Shown: one piece after another, positions 1 to 8,545 of the stretch
How positions within the stretch are numbered: position 1 is the stretch's first letter
Layout: every line of letters starts with the position of its first letter
Source of the DNA: Bdellovibrionia bacterium
GTDB taxonomy: Bacteria; Bdellovibrionota; UBA1018
Direction: 5' to 3'
Length of the DNA stretch: 11,807 nucleotides
NCBI GenBank assembly: GCA_045805065.1
Contig: JBJMMA010000058.1
Span: 1-11,807, forward strand
Notes under the pieces: model-generated
Database searches by the model: none
What the model was told of the DNA's origin: nothing
The model's input: the letters and a program-made list of their open reading frames with translations, nothing else
Program-made: the position numbers and the translations under genes

Positions 1-2
1 TT

Positions 3-1511
3 AAAGATACGATACCACCAATATTTGCTAACGTTCTTTCGACCCGCGAGACTCTGTGGCATATTGAGGCCAAATCTCTGTTCGCTCTTAACTTACGTAA
101 AGGTGAATTTCAGGATAGAAAATACGAGGGTAATTACTTTACTGTTATTCCCCTCCTACAAGCAGGAACTCCGGTTGGAGCTGTTGCCATTACCAACTAT
201 CCCGACCAAACGGCTCTCGATGAGATTTATCGATTGGAATTCGAATCTGTACTTAGCCTCGCGGTCCCTATAGTTACCCGCTTGGTTGCCGAAGAAACTC
301 AGACCCAGGAAGATGAGTGGTTCTCCGGATGTCAGGAGACTGCAAAGAAGATTCGGGCACTGAGCAACGACTCCAGCATCAAACTTAGCGACGCACTCCA
401 GAAGGCCGCAAGACTGCTCTCTGACTCTTCTAATGCCGGAGTATTTGTAGCTCAGCTTGAACCAGCAACGCGCCGACTTCACGTGCAAGCGACATCAGGA
501 TATCCAGAAGAGATCGCTCGGATTTATCATGAGTTCAAGTTTTACGCGGTCTCTCACAACGAGCAAGGCCCAATGCCGCTTGCTATCAATCGCGGAAAAA
601 TTGTTACAATTCCAGACTCCTCTTGGATTGAGGGCGTACTACACAAACAAAGCTTAGAAATTTTCAGACAATTCCAAACCAGAAGCTGTGCTGCCATTCC
701 AATTCAGCCAAGCGAAAACGATGTTCCATGGGGAGTAATTTGGATTGAATCTAAATCAATCGGTCAGTTCTCAGCTCAAGCGGAGCCTGGACTGAAATTG
801 TTAGCTCAAGCCGTAGAAGACTTAATTCTTAAAGTGAGCTTGCAAGGCTTACATGAGAGGGCTAAGAGCGCCCTTGCAGGCTTCGTTCCTGAGCGCGTTC
901 TTCATGCACTCCTGTCCGGGCAAGATGTTAGAGAAAACGAGCAAGGATATCTTTTAATGGCCGACCTTCGCGATTCAACTAAGCTTGCTCGCAAATATGG
1001 CGCCGATGCATGGACACAGTTCGTAGGAAAGCTCTGCAAACCAGCAGAAGCGATTGCTCAAAAGTATGGCTACAGCCTCCAGGTCGTTGTTTGGGATGCT
1101 CTGTACTTTACATCAGGAAAACCTAAGTCTAGCCAAGAACTACAAAATGCTGTCAGAATGGCATCCGAACTCGCAGCTTTGTTCGGCATGGAAGCTCAAA
1201 GGGAATTTAATGAAGTCCTCTTACCATTCGACACAAATCGTGCGCGTTTCTGCGTTACCTACGGCGATGTAACCCGAGATGTAAAAAACAATTTCACGTC
1301 TAGTTGGACGATCGTTGGAACAGCTATGGCATCTATTTCGAAGATGGAGCAAACCTGCAAAGGTTTTGATGGAGTGCTGTTCTGTTCCGAGTTTGCTCTA
1401 ACTGATGCAGGCGATATAACATGGGAAGCATTGCCTGTCAGAGCAAAGGGAACAGATGAATTGATTTATCGCTTCATCGGGTTTGGACAGTCGGCTGCAA
1501 TCGCAGCTTAA
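3..1511 (+). CDS. 5'-truncated signalling protein: two GAF-like domains plus a C-terminal class III adenylate/guanylate-cyclase-like domain with atypical catalytic residues
   Basis: Frame 3 is open from base 3 (KDTIPPIFANVLSTRETLWH...FTVIPLLQAGTPVGAVAITNYP...) into the 234..1511 ORF, so the true start lies upstream of the window. GAF-type motifs are VIPLLQAGTPVGAVAI and RSCAAIPIQ...PWGVIWIES. Cyclase-type motifs are FVPERVL, LLMADLRDST (Asp at 963-965), VVWDALY (Asp at 1095-1097), RFCVTYGDV and WTIVG. Stop TAA at 1509-1511. Confidence 0.8.
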   Translation, partial: KDTIPPIFANVLSTRETLWHIEAKSLFALNLRKGEFQDRKYEGNYFTVIPLLQAGTPVGAVAITNYPDQTALDEIYRLEFESVLSLAVPIVTRLVAEETQTQEDEWFSGCQETAKKIRALSNDSSIKLSDALQKAARLLSDSSNAGVFVAQLEPATRRLHVQATSGYPEEIARIYHEFKFYAVSHNEQGPMPLAINRGKIVTIPDSSWIEGVLHKQSLEIFRQFQTRSCAAIPIQPSENDVPWGVIWIESKSIGQFSAQAEPGLKLLAQAVEDLILKVSLQGLHERAKSALAGFVPERVLHALLSGQDVRENEQGYLLMADLRDSTKLARKYGADAWTQFVGKLCKPAEAIAQKYGYSLQVVVWDALYFTSGKPKSSQELQNAVRMASELAALFGMEAQREFNEVLLPFDTNRARFCVTYGDVTRDVKNNFTSSWTIVGTAMASISKMEQTCKGFDGVLFCSEFALTDAGDITWEALPVRAKGTDELIYRFIGFGQSAAIAA

Positions 1512-2361
1512 GTAATGTGCCTATCGCTAGCAAAGCACAATACAGTAAAGAGAAGGCTATCGCGATGAGAGGCATCTTTCCGCCGTCTCGCACTCGTAGA
1601 AATATTGAAAGTGGAACTGACGTACTAACGGCCAACGCCCCAAGTACCGGAGGCGCGTTTCTTAAGCCATGCAGATAGAAAAACTGGACTACAACTAGTA
1701 TAAGTCCTAACAAGCATCCGAACGGCCAAGCGTGAATTATGTGCTCAAATGGAAAACTTGCGCTTTGTTTACATAAAAACAGGGATACCAACAAGATAAC
1801 CCATGCAGTTCCGCAAGCCTGTGTAAGTAGACTATTACCTTGAAATTCAGCGATCTTTCTTAATGTTGTCTGAGCAGCAAGAAAAGCGATACAAACCAAT
1901 ACGAAGAAGCCCCAAGAAGCTAAAAGGTTACCCTGACTCTCTACAAAGGCCAGACCTATTAAAAGCCCAAGCGGTAAGGATTCACGAACCAGCTCTGAAG
2001 TAGAAGACTTTCGCCAATCACCGGAAAGGTAGACTGCAAAATAAGGTGCTAAGCTTTGCGCGATGATTATATGAGAGAGCTGAATATGCTCTTTTCGATA
2101 GAGAAACACCCAATAAATAGCGCAAATCGCTATCGCCCAAAAGAACGAGAGCACAATCGATGAAAAGCGGAGCTCTCGAACCAGTTTTCGATCTTTAAAA
2201 ACGAAAGCTATCGTAGTGATCGAAAATGCGACCATGATCGCGCAAATGGTCGAAACAGGATCTGAAAAATGTGACTGAATCATCCTAAGGCCAAACGTAT
2301 TAAGAATGACCGCGAAGACCAACAGGAGCACTCCCCTTACGACGCTAACTGAGTTACTCAC
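1474..2361 (-). CDS. DMT/EamA-like multi-pass membrane transporter (~10 TM segments)
   Basis: About 295 aa, almost entirely alternating hydrophobic segments, with two-fold repeat character (IIIAQSLAPYFAVYLS vs ALAVSTSVPLSIFL). GTG at 2361 is preferred over the track start at 2427 because it overlaps the methyltransferase stop (GTGAGTAA, 8-nt overlap). Stop TGA at 1474-1476. Confidence 0.7.
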   Translation of the reverse strand: MSNSVSVVRGVLLLVFAVILNTFGLRMIQSHFSDPVSTICAIMVAFSITTIAFVFKDRKLVRELRFSSIVLSFFWAIAICAIYWVFLYRKEHIQLSHIIIAQSLAPYFAVYLSGDWRKSSTSELVRESLPLGLLIGLAFVESQGNLLASWGFFVLVCIAFLAAQTTLRKIAEFQGNSLLTQACGTAWVILLVSLFLCKQSASFPFEHIIHAWPFGCLLGLILVVVQFFYLHGLRNAPPVLGALAVSTSVPLSIFLRVRDGGKMPLIAIAFSLLYCALLAIGTLLKLRLQPTVQTR

Positions 2362-3175
2362 GATCAGCACGTCCTGAGACATGAATACTCCCAAACCAAG
2401 CAGTATACGATGGATCGGTGAAAGCATTGCGATACCAATCTTCTGCTTCTTTCACTCGTTGAGCATCTGGGGCCTCGAGATCATGAGGAAGTCCAGATCT
2501 TAAAATTGGATACAATATATCGCGAAAGCTTTCCCAGCCCATCTCTTTCGAACTAAATCGAAGTTTAGTCTCAGATACAGATGTGAATCCGGCCTCCTCT
2601 AAAATCGTGCTAAGTCTAGATCCGACCGTTCGATCTCCACCCAGAGTCGCCTGCCGTTCCATCTTTTTTTGAATTAGATATTGAACTGAACTATTTGCTG
2701 GTAAGTGCGTAATTTCGCGATCATCGCCATCAATAAGTAATACATGACAGACCACTTCAGAAAGAGCGCGCATTAGATGAGAAACCTCAGCAACGTTCAT
2801 GTGCTGCAAGACATAGCGCAAATATACGAAGTCAGGAGCGATCTCTTTAACCTTGTGTTTAAGTTCTTCCACATTGCCGAGATCTAAAGTTATAAATTGA
2901 GCATTCGGACAAAATTCTTGAGCACGCTCCAAAAGTTTGGAATTTCGGTCCGCTCCATAGAGTGAGCAATTGGGAAATGCATTGCCGATTAGTGAAAGAA
3001 AGAACCCATTTCCGCAGCCGAGATCTACAATCGTTTGCCCATCTTTTAATCCATGAGAAGCTAGAGAGTCTTTCTCATATTTGAAAAGCTTTTCTGCCTG
3101 AAGACGAAGGCGAAGCTCTTCGGCAATCAATGTTTTAGAGTCCCACAGCGTGTAACTTTGAGATCGCTGATTCAC
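2354..3175 (-). CDS. Class I SAM-dependent methyltransferase
   Basis: Motif I IVDLGCGNG, acidic residue after beta-2 (YGADRN), DFVYLRYVLQHM, plus N-terminal EELRLRLQA and GGDRTVGSRLSTILEEAGF seen in small-molecule methyltransferases. GTG start, 273 aa. Confidence 0.9.
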   Translation of the reverse strand: MNQRSQSYTLWDSKTLIAEELRLRLQAEKLFKYEKDSLASHGLKDGQTIVDLGCGNGFFLSLIGNAFPNCSLYGADRNSKLLERAQEFCPNAQFITLDLGNVEELKHKVKEIAPDFVYLRYVLQHMNVAEVSHLMRALSEVVCHVLLIDGDDREITHLPANSSVQYLIQKKMERQATLGGDRTVGSRLSTILEEAGFTSVSETKLRFSSKEMGWESFRDILYPILRSGLPHDLEAPDAQRVKEAEDWYRNAFTDPSYTAWFGSIHVSGRADRE

Positions 3176-3269
3176 GATAGATTGATGCTAATCTAGCCCA
3201 TAGGTTACGTCTATAAAACTGTTGAAGCCGTCAATAAAGTAGCTCTGATAATGATAACTTCTTAAATTC

Positions 3270-5414
3270 CTAAACTTTCGTCCTAAATATGACATTTGCC
3301 CCTTTAGGCAAAATTCTTACACTGGATTTTTGGCACCTTTCTATAAGTACTTGATCGTCCCAACTATGGGTCACTAAAATTGCGCTCGCCTCAACACCAA
3401 GCATTGCTATTACTTCTAGACCTGCGTGATCGCTACCATGTGGCTCGTAGTCAATGAGGTAAACAGGATTGTTTACTTCACCCATCGTATCTCGATACCA
3501 AGCAATCAATTCCCTTGAAGAGACGAAGTGCATCAACTTTACTTGGTCCGTCCCAATGAAACTTATTTTCTTGCTCCAGTATTCGAAGGCTGTGGGATCT
3601 CCGTCTAGTACGATTATCTCAGCAGGTGAAGCGAGTGTAATTACTTTACAGAACCAGGCTGGTTCCTGCGCTATAGGTAATAAAGCTATTGCTCGTGTTC
3701 CCTTGCCTGCCTCTGACTCGTATTTCAGCTCCCCGCCCCACGACTTTATTGTCTCTTGAGCATGGTAAACTCCAAGTCCAGATCCAGAATCTCCTTTGAG
3801 TTTTCCATAGGAGAAGCCGCGCCTGCCTAATTGGGACAAAACCTCCGGTTGCATTCCTTTGCCATTGTCTTCGACGGCGATCTGCACATGACTTTGAGTT
3901 TTTTTGATTTCGATCTTAATTCTCTCGCCTGCTTGAGTAGCTTCGACAGCGTTATCAATCAAATTGGAAACAATACGACTAAACTCTACACGCTGAATAT
4001 TTGTGATCACTTCGTATTGGTCGACGCCTTCTTCAAGTAATATTTGAACAGTCCTGTCACGAGCAGTTTGAAGCTTTTTTTCTGATACAAGCGCAGCCAA
4101 TATAGGCACTATAAATTCGGAGGTACTAGGTTCGGATGAATAACAAAAGCGTCCGGATTCAGAATCTTCTAAACTTTTCTTTTTCCCGTTCTTCGGCAAA
4201 GTGATATCACTTGGATTCTTAGTTAGAAGTTCATGCGCAATACTGCGTATACGCGTAATAGCATTCATGACTTGAGCCCTGGTGCCATTACTCAGTTCAT
4301 TTGAACTTGATATAACTACATTGAGTGAGGCAAGCGGAGATCGAATGTCATGAGCCAGCTGCGTTGCAATGTAATATTGTTGCTTGGAAAGCTGAATTTC
4401 TGCAGATCGGCTCACTGCTTTTCGATAGATGAAATAAAAATTAGCCGCGGCCAGCGTAGCGATAAAGCTAGGGCTCCAGACCGCCAAGTTAGCAACATTG
4501 GATACATAATGGGAAGTAACACCCAATACTTGTGCCACTGTCCAGCTCAAGCCTAAGCATATCATCAGCTCTATTTCCAGTGACTTTGGATCTACATTAA
4601 ACAATGGGAGTGTTGCAATAAGCGTAGATACACTAAAGAAAATAATCTCTAGTTCATAAAGTTCAGTTAAATATGACCTGGCTGCCAAGCTAATTGAAGC
4701 GACGAGCGCGATACAGATGGAATGTAGTCCTAAAATGGCTGAATGCCGTTTCCCAGAATATGTACCTATCAGATTTATGAATGCTGCAGACACTAAGACT
4801 CTGAGCCCAACTTGCATGACTGTATTCACAGATGGATCAAAAAATAGATCCGGAATTCCAGATAAATATACCCCATAGAAACAACCTGCAGCTCCACAGA
4901 AAAGATGCGGCATTATCTGATTTGCCCCGTCCTTAGTTAGGCGCAGGTTAAAAAGTGCCATAAGGACCAAGAGAAGGCTAAACACAGGGCCCATAAAGAT
5001 CCCATTAAATATCCGCCATTCTTGAATTAGAAGTCCGACACCAAAGTTTGTAACAATGGGAATGTCAAACAATCGCTTACGCCACTCTTCTTTTGCAACG
5101 CACTCAATGGTAACATTCCTAAGACTTTGGTCATTGGATAGCTCAATCGGGACTCCGGCAATCAAACGTGATTGCTGAAGAAGTACGCCATTCATCCGGA
5201 TCTGGGTCTCACCAAGCACCTTGCCAACAGAAAGATAATACGTGCCCTTCGGGATGCTAGAGAGGTCTGCCCTTAGCATTCCAGGGGAGTCTAGATGAAA
5301 GGCAACTGGATATCTTACTATACTTCCCAACAATAGCGGCCCTTGCTGTAGAGATGCATAAAGAAGCACTAGCAGAAAAGTGCCGATCCAAATTCTCTGA
5401 GGCTTTATATGCAT
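3270..5414 (-). CDS. Membrane sensor histidine kinase: small extracytoplasmic beta domain, multi-TM (7TM-DISM-like) region, HisKA, HATPase_c, degenerate receiver-like domain
   Basis: H-box QLAHDIRSPL (His at 4350-4352), N-box SNLIDNAVEA, G1 VEDNGKGM, F-box GFSYGK, G2 GSGLGVY. C-terminal IIVLDGD...YLIDYE...LVT...ILPK is receiver-like. About 7 hydrophobic segments precede the H-box. ATG overlaps the upstream gene's stop (TAATG). Confidence 0.92.
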   Translation of the reverse strand: MHIKPQRIWIGTFLLVLLYASLQQGPLLLGSIVRYPVAFHLDSPGMLRADLSSIPKGTYYLSVGKVLGETQIRMNGVLLQQSRLIAGVPIELSNDQSLRNVTIECVAKEEWRKRLFDIPIVTNFGVGLLIQEWRIFNGIFMGPVFSLLLVLMALFNLRLTKDGANQIMPHLFCGAAGCFYGVYLSGIPDLFFDPSVNTVMQVGLRVLVSAAFINLIGTYSGKRHSAILGLHSICIALVASISLAARSYLTELYELEIIFFSVSTLIATLPLFNVDPKSLEIELMICLGLSWTVAQVLGVTSHYVSNVANLAVWSPSFIATLAAANFYFIYRKAVSRSAEIQLSKQQYYIATQLAHDIRSPLASLNVVISSSNELSNGTRAQVMNAITRIRSIAHELLTKNPSDITLPKNGKKKSLEDSESGRFCYSSEPSTSEFIVPILAALVSEKKLQTARDRTVQILLEEGVDQYEVITNIQRVEFSRIVSNLIDNAVEATQAGERIKIEIKKTQSHVQIAVEDNGKGMQPEVLSQLGRRGFSYGKLKGDSGSGLGVYHAQETIKSWGGELKYESEAGKGTRAIALLPIAQEPAWFCKVITLASPAEIIVLDGDPTAFEYWSKKISFIGTDQVKLMHFVSSRELIAWYRDTMGEVNNPVYLIDYEPHGSDHAGLEVIAMLGVEASAILVTHSWDDQVLIERCQKSSVRILPKGANVIFRTKV

Positions 5415-8119
5415 TACACATTTTCTCCAATATGTGTTTGCCGCTGAACCGGGACGTGAACCGTCTTAGGCAAAATCCTGACCTTAAACCGTTCACATCT
5501 TTGCCTGAGCTGCTCATCGTCCCATTGGTCTGTCATCAATACGGCATCACCAGCGAGACCGAGCATTTCGATGACCTCTAGACCAGTATGGTTACCTTGA
5601 GCGAGTTCGTACGTACAAAGATAGAGAGATCGCCCCACTTCGCCCAGATTTCCTCGGTACCATTGGATCAAATCGGTTCCTTTAGCGAACCAAACAACCT
5701 GCACATCCTTCAGTCCGGCTGAGCGAAACCGCTCTTTCCATACTTCGTGCGTGGAAGGGTCATCATCCAGTACAATTACGGTCGAGCCAGGCACTACACT
5801 AATACTGTCAGCGAACCACACCGGAGGCTTGACACGTGGAAGAGTAATAACGGCTTTGGTCCACGCTCCTCTTTCCGAACTGTACTCTAGCTGGCCGCCC
5901 CAAGCCTGAATCGTCTGCATTGCATGATAAACTCCAAGGCCGGTTCCCGAATGCTTTCCGGTTTTGCCATAAGAGAATCCACGACTACCAAGTTTACTCA
6001 GAACGTCGGGATCCATTCCCATTCCACTGTCTTCGACGCAGATCTGAATGTGATGATCATCCCCTTTTAAGTGGACTATAACTTTTCCGCATTCGCCCAC
6101 TGCCTCAATGGAATTATCGATCAGATTCGACAGAACGCGGCCAAATTCCACCTTTTGGATATTGGCAAAGTACGGCATCGCCTTGCCGAACTCGGTGATA
6201 GATATTTCAACTCCACCGCAGTCTGAATACTGAATTATCTTTTCGGAGACGATAGAATAGATTCGGTGTGAAATGAGATCGACTTCGTTCACTTCACGGA
6301 TTGACCCATAAATATGATCTGCCTGTCCAGTTTCCTTGGAGGGCCTTTCACTTAAGTTTGCATAAGACCCAGTTGATTTTGGACGTAAGAGATTGTTCGC
6401 GATGTCCCGAATTCTAGCGACCACCCCTTTAATCTGACCACGAACTGACTCATTCACGCCTTCTGAGTTGTGAACTATCGCATTTAAGGTCGCCAACGGC
6501 GACCGTATGTCGTGTGCAATCTGTGCGGCGAAATAATTCAAGTCTTGCTCTCTCGTACGCTCTAAATTTGTCCAGATTGCCGAGGAAATCTGACTAAGAT
6601 AAGGCACGAACTCTTTTATCTTTGATTCGGACGTTTTAGGATCGCTTAGCAGGAGAAGGTATGGCGGATTCTTCTGCTCTGGCACGGGAACCACTGCGAA
6701 AGCAGACGTGCTCCAACTATCTCCGACGTTCACTACAGAACCGAAAACTATCTCACCCCGTGATATGGCAGTCTGAATGTTAGGACTTTTCTTTTCATCG
6801 ATCAGAGATCCATCGTAGGAGTTTTTTGATCCATAAAGCTTAACCACTCTGTAAGTACCATCGCTGTTCCTCTGAGCTAGACTTACGCGTTTATATCCAC
6901 ATATTCGTCCTGCAATCTTGAGGAAGTACTCCACATTTTTATGGGAAAGGCCTTCCTTCGCAGAGCGAAGTACAACCCTGGCGTAAGAATTAGCTTTAAA
7001 GAGATGGGTCCTCAGTTGATGAAAGTAATTTGAATATTGAATAACGCAATCGGTGAATGCCACGAACAATAGCGGCGGAGTTGTCCAACGATTTAAAAAC
7101 GGGAGAGGATAATTGTAATTAAAGATTTCTAGTAGTTTGATGGAATCACTAACGTGCCCGATCGCACAGACTACTCCAAAACAAAAAAGAAGCTTTGCGG
7201 TTAAGTCTTTCGAGTCAAACCTATAGAGAAATAAAATAGAAAACGGAACCACAGAGGCTATAACGTGTACGATCCGTTGTTCATAGGGATACTGAAGCAC
7301 TCCAAAGATGAAGCTGATAAACGCGGCCGTAAAGAAAAGTCCCAAATAAGCTTTTACTGGTAGCGGTTTTCTGATCGGTAACCTCAAAAAAATTAGAAAT
7401 GTACCAATTACTGCCATCTCCCTAGCCGGGTAATGCAGAATCGAACCCCACCTAAAATCGATTTCTCTCGGTATGCCCGATAGAAAAAAGTAAAAGATTG
7501 CCCATAGCGACAGTGCAATTCCAAAGTTCCGGTATGCCTTTACCCTTCTCTTCAGTAAGACGTAAAATAATCCAAACAAAACGGAAAATACGAACGAGAC
7601 AACAGCTTCTATTAATGGAGTATAGATTTGAACTAACTCAACGTGCCGTTGTGTCCGTAATAAGTCTGAAAGTTCACCCACCTGGGGCGCACTCTTCCAT
7701 ATTCCGGTAAAGTCAGTCAGCGGCGCACGTATGTGAATTTTTACTCTGTATGTAGATGCTGCTGCCTGAGGCAGTTCAAGAACCGGCCCTACACTCGAAT
7801 AATCAATGCCAGATGGATAGATACGATCATTGATTGCGATGTCTTGAACACCACCAATCGCGGGGATAAAGATGGCGAGGTTCTTGAAGTCTTTAGCAAG
7901 CTCGGGATCAACATTGAGCTTAAAAGAGTAGATGCCATCACAATAGCCGCTTGGGCACTGATCTCGTCCCAAAGGAACATTAAATCTCGCTGCTACTGAT
8001 GCAGTGCCAGTTTCCCACGAGGCATTTTCGAGCCGGTAAAGATCTTGCGCAAAGCTTTGAAAAGCAAAAGCAGTGGTCACAAGCGCAAGTTTGATACAGA
8101 GAAACAACCCCTGCCTCAC
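5414..8119 (-). CDS. Membrane sensor histidine kinase: signal peptide, extracytoplasmic beta-sandwich, 7TM-DISM-like region, GAF-like domain, HisKA, HATPase_c, pseudo-receiver domain
   Basis: Signal-like N-terminus (LALVTTAFAFQSFAQ) and about 7 TM segments. GAF-like segment RVSLAQRNSDGTYRVV...AFAVVPVP...YLLLLSD. H-box QIAHDIRSPL (His at 6512-6514), SNLIDNSIEA, VEDSGMGM, GTGLGVY. C-terminal VIVLDDD...YLCTYE...LMT...ILPK. GTG start preceded by AAGGTAATGAGGC. Confidence 0.92.
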   Translation of the reverse strand: MRQGLFLCIKLALVTTAFAFQSFAQDLYRLENASWETGTASVAARFNVPLGRDQCPSGYCDGIYSFKLNVDPELAKDFKNLAIFIPAIGGVQDIAINDRIYPSGIDYSSVGPVLELPQAAASTYRVKIHIRAPLTDFTGIWKSAPQVGELSDLLRTQRHVELVQIYTPLIEAVVSFVFSVLFGLFYVLLKRRVKAYRNFGIALSLWAIFYFFLSGIPREIDFRWGSILHYPAREMAVIGTFLIFLRLPIRKPLPVKAYLGLFFTAAFISFIFGVLQYPYEQRIVHVIASVVPFSILFLYRFDSKDLTAKLLFCFGVVCAIGHVSDSIKLLEIFNYNYPLPFLNRWTTPPLLFVAFTDCVIQYSNYFHQLRTHLFKANSYARVVLRSAKEGLSHKNVEYFLKIAGRICGYKRVSLAQRNSDGTYRVVKLYGSKNSYDGSLIDEKKSPNIQTAISRGEIVFGSVVNVGDSWSTSAFAVVPVPEQKNPPYLLLLSDPKTSESKIKEFVPYLSQISSAIWTNLERTREQDLNYFAAQIAHDIRSPLATLNAIVHNSEGVNESVRGQIKGVVARIRDIANNLLRPKSTGSYANLSERPSKETGQADHIYGSIREVNEVDLISHRIYSIVSEKIIQYSDCGGVEISITEFGKAMPYFANIQKVEFGRVLSNLIDNSIEAVGECGKVIVHLKGDDHHIQICVEDSGMGMDPDVLSKLGSRGFSYGKTGKHSGTGLGVYHAMQTIQAWGGQLEYSSERGAWTKAVITLPRVKPPVWFADSISVVPGSTVIVLDDDPSTHEVWKERFRSAGLKDVQVVWFAKGTDLIQWYRGNLGEVGRSLYLCTYELAQGNHTGLEVIEMLGLAGDAVLMTDQWDDEQLRQRCERFKVRILPKTVHVPVQRQTHIGENV

Positions 8120-8545
8120 GCCTCATTACCTTTCGAATGCTTCTGCGACATAGTTTCCGTTACTCAAAATGATCATTTATGACTTCAGCCAGAAAGCGTT
8201 GCTTTCACGCGTGGTCTCATTTTCTTAATCAGTTGATCTCTTTGATTTTTTATCGGAATTCTGTGGATTTAATAAAATCAGAATTAGAAAGCGTCATTCG
8301 TCAGAAGGATGACACTCAAACGGTCAATCGATACTAACGTCGCTCCAAGGCAATGTTGCTATCTCGATGTTTAGTATCCTTTCACCCGGTGTAGGTACGC
8401 ACCCACAGGACAGAGTAAACTTTACATGCGCTCGCACTCACCAATTCGAAATCTCTAATGATTTAAGCGCACTACCTGCTTGTTTACGCGTGGCATACAA
8501 CGTGCTGTCCCCTCCGCCCACAACACGTGAAAGCACCCGCATTTG

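Noticed and set aside
234..236. TTG start given by the ORF track for the cyclase-like gene
   Set aside because: The frame is open and protein-like from base 3, so the real start is outside the window.
25..1272. Short alternative-frame and antisense ORFs (25..273, 156..488, 457..657, 1054..1272)
   Set aside because: They lie wholly within the GAF-cyclase CDS and have no recognisable motifs; shadow ORFs.
2362..2427. N-terminal extension of the transporter ORF
   Set aside because: It would overlap the methyltransferase by 74 nt; GTG 2361 gives a typical short coupled overlap. ATG 2382 cannot be fully excluded.
3469..7999. Small ORFs inside the two kinase genes
   Set aside because: Antisense or off-frame to well-supported kinases, with no coding hallmarks.
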